34,447 bases of DNA from Dehalococcoidales bacterium (GCA_035528295.1 DATKYY010000042.1:1-34447); one strand, 5' to 3'; positions 10,168 through 16,972 are shown, counted from the stretch's first letter. Program-made: numbers and translations. The notes: generated by a model from the sequence alone, not told the origin.

Positions 10168-10270
10168 CAAAAAGAACGTAGACAACCAACATCAAAGCTA
10201 AAATTGCCAGCGTTGAAAATAATGTCACAAAGCCAAATATTAACAAAGATGGAATACCTTTTTCTTCCAT
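10160..10270 (-). CDS. 36-aa single-TM peptide (not in the ORF track)
   Basis: MEEKGIPSLLIFGFVTLFSTLAILALMLVVYVLFGS. A strong SD GGAGGGAG lies about 7 nt upstream of the ATG. It begins 18 nt after the stop of the c-subunit homolog. Confidence 0.55.
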   Translation of the reverse strand: MEEKGIPSLLIFGFVTLFSTLAILALMLVVYVLFGS

Positions 10271-10288
10271 AATTCTCCCTCCTAACTA

Positions 10289-10519
10289 CTATACAATCAT
10301 AATCAGGATAATGGCTATAATAAGGGCATAAATCCCGATAGCTTCAGCAAAGGCAGTAGACAGTATCATATTGGTCATGATTGCCTGCTTTGCCTCGGGG
10401 TTACGGGCTATCCCTCCCATAGCCGAATGACCAATAAGCCCAATAGCCAGTGCTGGTCCGGCTAATCCTAAGCTACCAATTATAGCCACCGCCAACATTT
10501 TCACTACTTCAACTTCCAT
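10289..10519 (-). CDS. F-type ATP synthase subunit c (proteolipid) homolog, stand-alone
   Basis: 76-aa helical hairpin. Helix 1 is Gly/Ala-rich (GSLGLAGPALAIGLIG), the polar loop is GIARNPEAK, and helix 2 carries the conserved carboxylate in AFAEAIGIYALIIAI. No other atp genes lie nearby. Confidence 0.8.
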   Translation of the reverse strand: MEVEVVKMLAVAIIGSLGLAGPALAIGLIGHSAMGGIARNPEAKQAIMTNMILSTAFAEAIGIYALIIAIILIMIV

Positions 10520-10522
10520 TTT

Positions 10523-10762
10523 TTATACTCTCTCCTTTCTATGATTATGTCCGAATAATATAATCTCACGGATGCCAAATACGACTAATATTTGGCTGAT
10601 AACAATCCCGGTCACGACGCATTCCAGAATCATGCCGCTCATACGACCAACCCATACACCCACGCCTATACCGAGAATAATAAGTATTAGCACAAAGATG
10701 AATATTATCCCTGACTTAATGGCCCGCTCACGCGAGTCCATGTCCACATCTTTTAGTTTCAT
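10523..10762 (-). CDS. 79-aa two-TM membrane protein
   Basis: SD AAGGAGG upstream of the ATG. Two hydrophobic helices are separated by GRMSG. Its stop lies 3 nt before the c-subunit ATG. An AtpI/AtpZ-like role is possible but not supported by a motif. Confidence 0.6.
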   Translation of the reverse strand: MKLKDVDMDSRERAIKSGIIFIFVLILIILGIGVGVWVGRMSGMILECVVTGIVISQILVVFGIREIILFGHNHRKERV

Positions 10763-10809
10763 ACCAAACCTCCTTTCAATATGGTTCGCCGGCTATCACC
10801 ATATATTGC

Positions 10810-11511
10810 CTATGGTTGTGAAAAGGCCTGTTGCCGCAGATCGCTTTTCATTTCATTATTTTGGTTATAGCTATTTAGCAAGCCTCGGGCAGTTGCCAGC
10901 GCTACCGCCTGGGTCCGGTTCTTCGCGTTGAGCTTGTCCATAATCCTGGTCAATCGGGCCTTGACCATGGTCTCGCTAACCTGGCAGTGCTCGGCAATCT
11001 CACGGTTGGTGGCGCCTTGGGCGACCAGCACCAGGGTCTCTTTCTCATTCGGACTGAGGCTTTTGAACCCGTTTATACTTTGCCAGTTGGTATTCTTCAG
11101 CTGCGTCAGTACCCTGGCTGTCATCAAGGGGAAGACAATTGCGTTGCCGCTAGCCACCAGACGGATAGACTCAATAACTTCGGTCAGTTCGGCCGTTTTC
11201 ATCATATAGCCACAAGCCCCGGCCATTATTGATTTAAAGACGTCATCTTTATTGTTGGAAACGGTGAAGATGAGCACTTTGATGTTGGGAAACGCCTGCC
11301 GTAGCCGGGTAATGTCATCCACCCCCCCACCACTGGGCATGAAAATATCCGTAATGACAATATCCGGCTGGAGTTCGCCTAATTTTATAAGTGCCTCCGA
11401 AACATTAGCGGCATCACCCACCACCTGGAACTCCGGGTACTCGCCCAGAGCCGACAACAAACCATGCCGGGACAGCGCACTACTATCTATCATAAATATG
11501 TGAACCATCAC
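10810..11511 (-). CDS. NarL/LuxR-family response regulator
   Basis: The receiver domain shows the phospho-acceptor context IVITDIFMP, plus FTVS and GYMMK. The C-terminal LuxR HTH reads LSPNEKETLVLVAQGATNREIAEHCQVSETMVKARLTRIMDKL. SD GGGAGG upstream. The start is GTG 11511 or ATG 11508. Confidence 0.9.
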   Translation of the reverse strand: MMVHIFMIDSSALSRHGLLSALGEYPEFQVVGDAANVSEALIKLGELQPDIVITDIFMPSGGGVDDITRLRQAFPNIKVLIFTVSNNKDDVFKSIMAGACGYMMKTAELTEVIESIRLVASGNAIVFPLMTARVLTQLKNTNWQSINGFKSLSPNEKETLVLVAQGATNREIAEHCQVSETMVKARLTRIMDKLNAKNRTQAVALATARGLLNSYNQNNEMKSDLRQQAFSQP

Positions 11512-11756
11512 CCTGGCCTCCCTGCTATCTATTGCTCACCCATTTTGGGCTGTAATCTACACTAACCAGCCTAACTAATTGTCTTATCTTATTAGTCTCG
11601 GTTCAATCCGCCAGAATGTGGATTTTAGTGAAAAAACGCGTAGCCGTATCGGGCATATCAGACAGGTAAATTTGGCTGATAAACACTAAGTGATTCTATC
11701 GCTCAGCTACGCAAAATCACGTAAATTTCGCCAGTTAGGGGGATATTGATTGACAG

Positions 11757-11805
11757 TATCATTTAGGTGGGGATACCATATAGGTAGGCGGATATACCAT
11801 ACAGG
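11757..11805 (+). repeat. Three imperfect 11-bp direct repeats TAYCATWYAGG in the divergent promoter region
   Basis: TATCATTTAGG (11757-11767), TACCATATAGG (11774-11784), TACCATACAGG (11795-11805). Start-to-start spacings are 17 and 21 bp. They lie immediately upstream of an extended -10 TGaTATAAA (11808-11816). Confidence 0.45.
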
Positions 11806-11837
11806 CGTGATATAAATACTTAGCGGGTGAGTTTGCT

Positions 11838-12530
11838 ATGGAGAAGATCAGGTTACTGATTGCCGATGACCACCCCGCATTTCGGGAAGGATTATCACGG
11901 CTCCTTGAAGAGGAAGAGGATCTGGAGTGCGTCGGCATATCGGCGGATGGCGAAGAAGCCGTCAGGATGGTCGAGGAGCTGCACCCGGATGTAGCCATAA
12001 TTGATGTCAGCATGCCCAATCTCGACGGCATTAAAGCCACCGAGAAAATTAAAGCGGCTTGCCCCGACACTGCTGTCCTTATGATAAGTGCGTTTGACTA
12101 TCAGTCATATGTACTGGCTTCCCTCAAAGCGGGAGCATCAGGATATATGTCTAAAGATCGGCCCCTGCAGGAACTGATTAGTGCTATCCGCCTGGTACGT
12201 AGCGGGGACAGTATACTTGACCTTAAAGCTACCGATACCATTGTGCAATGTCTGATCGATAGTGAGCGTGGTGGTAAAAGGGGTTTTGACGAGTTGCAGT
12301 CTCGTGAGCTGGATGTAATCAAACTAACCGCCAGGGGAATGAGCAATAAAGATATTGCCGATGAGCTTTTTATCAGCGAGCGCACGGTCCAGACCCATTT
12401 AATCAACATCTTCCGAAAGCTGGGAGTTAATTCACGCACTCAGGCCGTGCTCTATGCCTTAAGGAAAGGCTGGATCACCCTCTCAGCAATCTATTTGGTT
12501 GAACTTATTACAGAGACACCTGCTATTTAA
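11838..12530 (+). CDS. NarL/LuxR-family response regulator
   Basis: Receiver motifs LLIADDH, VAIIDVSMP, MISAF and GYMSK. LuxR HTH LQSRELDVIKLTARGMSNKDIADELFISERTVQTHLINIFRKL. Confidence 0.92.
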   Translation: MEKIRLLIADDHPAFREGLSRLLEEEEDLECVGISADGEEAVRMVEELHPDVAIIDVSMPNLDGIKATEKIKAACPDTAVLMISAFDYQSYVLASLKAGASGYMSKDRPLQELISAIRLVRSGDSILDLKATDTIVQCLIDSERGGKRGFDELQSRELDVIKLTARGMSNKDIADELFISERTVQTHLINIFRKLGVNSRTQAVLYALRKGWITLSAIYLVELITETPAI

Positions 12531-12567
12531 GCTCCGGTAATCCGTGGTTTGAGTTGCCAGTACGTAA

Positions 12568-14391
12568 TTGGGGGGTAGCAAAGTGGGGCGGCTGCTGCAA
12601 GAGACCAACAGGCAAAGCGAGTCCTTGACCAATGTCTTAGATTCTCTCACTCATCCCTTCTATGTCATAGATGCTGGTGACTATACGGTTAAGTTTGCCA
12701 ATAAAGCCGCCAAACCGGGCGGTTTATCGAAAGGGACAACCTGTTATGCCCTTATTCATGAAAGGGACGAACCTTGTAGCGGAGGCTGTGTTTGTCCGCT
12801 TGAAGAGGTGAAGAGAACCGGAAAAGCGGCCGTTGCGGAGCATATCCATTACGATAAAGATGGTAATGTCAGATATGTTGAATGTCACGGCCACCCCATC
12901 TTTGATACTGAGGGAAACGTCACCCAGATGATAGAGTATTGCCTGGACATCACCGAGCGCAGGCAGGCGGAGCACTGTTTAAGAGAGCGTCTGAAAGAAC
13001 TCAAGATTTTTTATGGTATTGCCGATATCGCCGGAAAACCTGATATTACTTCAGATGAACTATATCAGCGGATTACTGACCTGATTCCGCAGGGTTGGCA
13101 GTATCCTGAGATTACCTGTGCCCGAATCACTATTGATGGTAAGGAGTTCAAGACAAAAAATTACCGAGAGACCGAGTGGAAGCAGTCTTCATATATCGAG
13201 GTACTTGGCTCAATAGCAGGCTCCATAGATATTCTTTACTTAGAGGAGAAACCAGAGATTGATGAAGGGCCATTTGCGAAGGAAGAGCGGCTGTTGATTG
13301 ATGCCGTCGCTGAGCGATTGGGAAAAATAACTGAGCGCAGGAAGCTGGAAGAGGTACTGGGGGAGAGCGAAAAATTTAGTTTCAGCCTGCTCAGAAATGC
13401 GCCAAATCCGATATTAGTGGTCAATCCAGATAAGACCGTAAAGTATGTAAATTCGGCGCTGGAAAAACTGACCGGTTTTTCTTCTGAAGAGATTATTGGC
13501 CGGAAGCCTCCATACCCCTGGTGGTCAGAAGAAACGTCAAGGCTTGACAGCAGCGAATTCGATAAAGTTCTACGTGGTAAGGGAGTGAGGAAGCTTAAGA
13601 AGCGATTTAAAAATAAATGGGGGGAGCGGTTCTGGGTTTTGATAAACTCTACCACGGTGAGCAGTTATGAAGGGCGTGAGTACTACCTGTCAAGCTGGGC
13701 TGATATCACCGAGGAAAAGCGACTTAGAGATAATATGGAGTTCTATATATCGGAGATTACCCGGGCTCAGGAAGAAGAGCGAAGGCGCATAGCTCGCGAG
13801 ATACACGACGAGTCAGTTCAGTCCCTGGCTTCGCTGGCACATAAAATTGAAGCTCTAGCCACCAGGAAGGGAAGATTACCCAAGGGCACTGTCCAGTACC
13901 TCGAAGGGCTTTGCGCTGAGACTAAGGGCATAATGAACGGGTTACGCCGCTTTAGCCATGAATTGCGCCCCGGGGTTTTAGACCAGGTAGGTCTGGGTTC
14001 AGCACTGGAGCTTTTAGCTGAAGAGCTGAGTAGTGAGCAGAATATCAGTACCAGTTTTGAGATAAGTGGTCCTGAGCGACGCCTGAAGCCTGAGGTGGAA
14101 CTGGCCCTATTCCGTATCGCTCAAGGGGCACTGAGCAATGTCAGGCGGCACTCCGGAGCCAAAAAGGCTGAAGTGAAATTGCTATTTACCGGCCGGAAGG
14201 TCAAACTAACTATCTCTGATAACGGAAGTGGTTTTCGATTACCGGAAGTGCTGGGCGACCTGGCTACTGAGGGCAAACTGGGCCTGGTCGGTATGCAGGA
14301 GCGTACCCGCTTGTTCAACGGCAAGTTCTCGGTTAGGTCAGTAGTCGGTAAGGGAACCATAGTGGCGGTAGAGGTGAGTGACAAAGTCTGA
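12568..14391 (+). CDS. Cytoplasmic multi-PAS sensor histidine kinase (HisKA_3/NarX-DegS type)
   Basis: No TM segment. It has an N-terminal Cys-rich PAS, a conserved middle module, a second PAS (NPILVVNPDKTVKYVNSALEKLTGFSSEEIIGR), the H-box RRRIAREIHDESVQSL, the N-box RIAQGALSNVRRHS, G1 DNGSGF and G2 GLVGMQER. The start is TTG 12568, or more likely GTG 12583 with GGGGGG upstream. Confidence 0.9.
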   Translation: MGGSKVGRLLQETNRQSESLTNVLDSLTHPFYVIDAGDYTVKFANKAAKPGGLSKGTTCYALIHERDEPCSGGCVCPLEEVKRTGKAAVAEHIHYDKDGNVRYVECHGHPIFDTEGNVTQMIEYCLDITERRQAEHCLRERLKELKIFYGIADIAGKPDITSDELYQRITDLIPQGWQYPEITCARITIDGKEFKTKNYRETEWKQSSYIEVLGSIAGSIDILYLEEKPEIDEGPFAKEERLLIDAVAERLGKITERRKLEEVLGESEKFSFSLLRNAPNPILVVNPDKTVKYVNSALEKLTGFSSEEIIGRKPPYPWWSEETSRLDSSEFDKVLRGKGVRKLKKRFKNKWGERFWVLINSTTVSSYEGREYYLSSWADITEEKRLRDNMEFYISEITRAQEEERRRIAREIHDESVQSLASLAHKIEALATRKGRLPKGTVQYLEGLCAETKGIMNGLRRFSHELRPGVLDQVGLGSALELLAEELSSEQNISTSFEISGPERRLKPEVELALFRIAQGALSNVRRHSGAKKAEVKLLFTGRKVKLTISDNGSGFRLPEVLGDLATEGKLGLVGMQERTRLFNGKFSVRSVVGKGTIVAVEVSDKV

Positions 14392-14440
14392 AATACGGCA
14401 CTACTAATGTTCCCGGAAAACCACACTATCTGACCAATAA

Positions 14441-14653
14441 TTAGAACCGGTATTTTACCCGTATTACCCCGGACTCATTTGATATTTCAAAGCGATTGCG
14501 ATTTTGCTTGATTACCCTTTCAATATCGCTTCGCCTGACTTGCTGACTTAACATAATAGATGCTCTATCCTGTAATTCCTCGATACTATATGACCTGACC
14601 CCGCTTTTTAATATCCCCATCAGTGTTGAGCTTACCATTGCATCTACTATCAC
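14441..14653 (-). CDS. Hypothetical 70-aa protein
   Basis: GTG start with a strong SD AGGAGGAG about 7 nt upstream. It lies downstream of the GNAT gene on the same strand. No motif recognised. Confidence 0.5.
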   Translation of the reverse strand: MIVDAMVSSTLMGILKSGVRSYSIEELQDRASIMLSQQVRRSDIERVIKQNRNRFEISNESGVIRVKYRF

Positions 14654-14732
14654 GATATCTCCTCCTTTGGTTGGTTTCTCCCTATTTTACCGCATCCGGA
14701 CCCAATTTTGCCGGGCAGAGCCAGCCGTTTTG

Positions 14733-15251
14733 TTATGGCACGGCTTGCTCTGAAGAGGGGGTGAGCCGGAGCTCGAATTTCTGTTCGTTGAGCTCGGCGC
14801 CCCAGTGGTTTCCCCGCCGCTGCTCTACCAGTGTGAAGCCGTTCTTGTCGTAGAGGTGTTTCGCTGCGTGGAGGCCCTCAAAGCTCCATAGAAACAGCCG
14901 CTGGTAGCCCCGGTTCCGGCAGAAGTCGATAGCGGTGCTGACCAGACGGTTGCCGATGCCTCTGCCGCGCAGGGCATCCGAGATGACGAACCACCGGATA
15001 TGGGCTCCCTTGTCTTCGGCATGGAGCCCGTCGACGGTGATGGAACCTTCAATACGCCCCTTTAGCAATGCCGTCCAGAAGCCATCACGCTTCTCGTCAT
15101 ACCGCCCGATGAACTCGGCAAGCTCGGTGGCTATCCTTCTCTCGAAGAAATGGCCGAAACCCCAGTGCTGGTGGTAGTAGGTGCCGTGAAGTTCGATAAC
15201 TCGACCGATGGCACCGGGGATATAGCCTCTCACTATTTCCACATCTGACAT
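14733..15251 (-). CDS. GNAT-family N-acetyltransferase
   Basis: I take the start as ATG 15251 (MSDVEIV, SD GGAGG 6 nt upstream). The acetyl-CoA motif A reads RGRGIGNRLVSTAIDFCRNRG. The N-terminal block YYHQHWGFGHFFERRIATELAEF resembles GNATs that are often fused to MarR-type HTH domains. Confidence 0.85.
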   Translation of the reverse strand: MSDVEIVRGYIPGAIGRVIELHGTYYHQHWGFGHFFERRIATELAEFIGRYDEKRDGFWTALLKGRIEGSITVDGLHAEDKGAHIRWFVISDALRGRGIGNRLVSTAIDFCRNRGYQRLFLWSFEGLHAAKHLYDKNGFTLVEQRRGNHWGAELNEQKFELRLTPSSEQAVP

Positions 15252-15419
15252 GTAAAGCCTCCGGATTGCCCTGGCTTGCACCGCCCAGCTACTGAGTGTA
15301 ATATAAATACTAGGTTAAGTATAGCACCTTAAAATACCTCTTTTTATGCCCGCTTAACGCATCTTTGCCCGATTTCCAGCCTTAGCCTTGTGATATAATT
15401 CAGATAAAGGGGGTTTAGT

Positions 15420-15557
15420 ATGAAATGTCCTGATTGCGGCAAAAAAATTGAAAAGGTAAACGCCAAACCGATAAAGTTCGAAAAATTTGAAATTCTGGTC
15501 CTTTTGTGTCCCCTGTGTGAAGCGGTATTGGGTGCGGTTAACAAACCCAAAAAATAG
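15420..15557 (+). CDS. 45-aa zinc-ribbon protein (not in the ORF track)
   Basis: MKCPDCGKKIEKVNAKPIKFEKFEILVLLCPLCEAVLGAVNKPKK has a CPDC...CPLC pair. SD AAAGGGGG lies 6 nt upstream of the ATG. An extended -10 TGaTATAAT lies at 15391-15399. It replaces the antisense track ORFs 15344-15652 and 15354-15560. Confidence 0.55.
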   Translation: MKCPDCGKKIEKVNAKPIKFEKFEILVLLCPLCEAVLGAVNKPKK

Positions 15558-15585
15558 CACCGGGTGTTAAAGATGTAAAGGCAGA

Positions 15586-15861
15586 ATGGGCTATAATGGG
15601 CGCAGGAAGTTGGGAGAACAGGTAAAAATGCTAATAGACAAGCTGTTAACACGCAAAGGATGGCGACTGGTATCCCATTGCCTGCTGGCGGTATGCGGGA
15701 TAGCCTTTCTTTACATCATTGTAAATGGAATGATGACCGATATCGACCGCACTGCCTCTCTGCTCAGCCGCTCGATACTGGGCATAGAGATAGCCCTGTC
15801 TCTGTGGCTGGTGGTGCTTGGCGCCATACTGGCCAGGGCTGAGTTAACCAGTAAAGAGTAG
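15586..15861 (+). CDS. Small two-TM membrane protein (77-91 aa)
   Basis: Two hydrophobic helices (LLAVCGIAFLYIIVNG and IALSLWLVVLGAILA). The alternative start ATG 15628 has GGGAGA upstream. Confidence 0.5.
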   Translation: MGYNGRRKLGEQVKMLIDKLLTRKGWRLVSHCLLAVCGIAFLYIIVNGMMTDIDRTASLLSRSILGIEIALSLWLVVLGAILARAELTSKE

Positions 15862-15918
15862 GGCTGTGTGTGATGTGGATATCAAGTTTAAGATAGAGGT
15901 CTGGAAATAGTCTGAAAC

Positions 15919-15960
15919 AGTAAGGCTGGATATCCCTTTTCTTGAATATCCAGCCTTACT
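15919..15960. terminator. Perfect 15-bp hairpin between convergent small genes (bidirectional terminator candidate)
   Basis: AGTAAGGCTGGATAT (15919-15933), 12-nt loop, ATATCCAGCCTTACT (15946-15960). The flanking U-tracts are only modest on either strand. Confidence 0.55.
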
Positions 15961-16032
15961 TCTTAGTCAGTGATGCGGTCTTTGTTGGTTTCAGGTCTGG
16001 CACCTCCTTATCGAGTGTCTTTTTCACGGCGG

Positions 16033-16191
16033 TTAGTTCAGCGTCTTGGCGGCTACTTTCCTCTCGCGGACAGCCCTTGCTTCACGAACAGCCTGGACAA
16101 TGCCACCTATGTTGATGTACCAAACCAGAGCCGCGGGGAAGAGGATTACCGGGATAAGAACTGCTAGGGTTACAATAATCATTGCGTTCAT
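16033..16191 (-). CDS. 52-aa single-TM protein with a basic C-terminal tail (not in the ORF track)
   Basis: MNAMIIVTLAVLIPVILFPAALVWYINIGGIVQAVREARAVRERKVAAKTLN. A strong SD AAGGAGG lies 7 nt upstream of the ATG. It replaces the antisense track ORF 15970-16167. Confidence 0.55.
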   Translation of the reverse strand: MNAMIIVTLAVLIPVILFPAALVWYINIGGIVQAVREARAVRERKVAAKTLN

Positions 16192-16319
16192 TGTGATACC
16201 TCCTTTCTCTTTATTTCCACCCTAATCTTACCGCCCCGCGGGATGAGCTGGCTTCCGCCGTGATGCCTAATTCTAGCCTCTGTAAATACCTAAAATTTGT
16301 GTCTTCAACTTATACTTTC

Positions 16320-16383
16320 TGCTTACCGCTGCTTAGCAGAGATTAGGTAAATATACTTACCTCAAGTAGCGTAATAGCGTAAT
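16320..16383. repeat. Cluster of short direct and inverted repeats upstream of the 52-aa gene
   Basis: CTGCTTA occurs twice with a 10-bp period (16320-16326, 16330-16336). There is an inverted repeat AGGTAA-N6-TTACCT (16346-16363) and a tandem TAGCGTAA x2 (16368-16383). Confidence 0.45.
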
Positions 16384-16432
16384 GATGAAGACTTCCGGTC
16401 TCGGATTCAGGTGGGGCTAATAGTCAGGGGAC

Positions 16433-16972
16433 TTAATTTTGGGGGAAATGGGCGGCATCGGTGCGGGGGAGGGTGGAGCAAGGTCTTTCGATATGGACTG
16501 AGCCATCGGGGAAGACGTTGCCCTTGAAAAGTAATAGCCGGTAATTTTGAGACAGGTCGCGGTAGGCACTTATCGGCGTATTCTGTTCCTGTGACAGCAT
16601 CCGGTCATAAATATAGATGTAGTCCGTGTTCAAATTGCCGGCGGATATGCTGCGCTGCAGGTACCACAGGCGCCGCATGTCTTTGGGGAGCAGGTGATAT
16701 TTTGTTTCCAGGGTGTCCAGCACCCTGGCCGGCCACTGTTTCTCGCCATTCTCTCCCAGATGCCTTTTGAAGGGGGTAAATGCTTTAATCAGTAGTGTTC
16801 TATATATCTTGTCCATTTGCCGCCCAATTATTAAATCTATAATCGTGTATTGTTCATTATGAAAGGTCTCAGGGACGGGCACAAGACCAAAAAGTCCTGA
16901 AAACAGTTGATACTTTAGTAATATGACCGGACACGGGCAAATTTTACCCTTTTGGCGAGTCTGGAAAAGCAT
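16433..16972 (-). CDS. Hypothetical protein (179 aa, or 127 aa from the internal Met)
   Basis: Only a long ORF with plausible composition. No good SD at either candidate start and no recognisable motif. Confidence 0.4.
   Translation of the reverse strand: MLFQTRQKGKICPCPVILLKYQLFSGLFGLVPVPETFHNEQYTIIDLIIGRQMDKIYRTLLIKAFTPFKRHLGENGEKQWPARVLDTLETKYHLLPKDMRRLWYLQRSISAGNLNTDYIYIYDRMLSQEQNTPISAYRDLSQNYRLLLFKGNVFPDGSVHIERPCSTLPRTDAAHFPQN

Noticed and set aside
15344-15652. Minus-strand ORFs of 102 aa and 68 aa (15354-15560)
   Set aside because: They have no SD and an odd composition. The plus strand carries a promoter, an SD and a four-Cys zinc-ribbon ORF in the same place.
15970-16167. 65-aa plus-strand ORF
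   Set aside because: It is antisense to the SD-led 52-aa membrane peptide gene (16033-16191) and has no SD of its own.
16203-16225. ATTAGGGTGG on the minus strand, resembling the start of a T-box motif
   Set aside because: The rest of the T-box consensus (…NACCGCG), stem I and a terminator are all absent. It directly precedes an SD, so the resemblance is coincidental.
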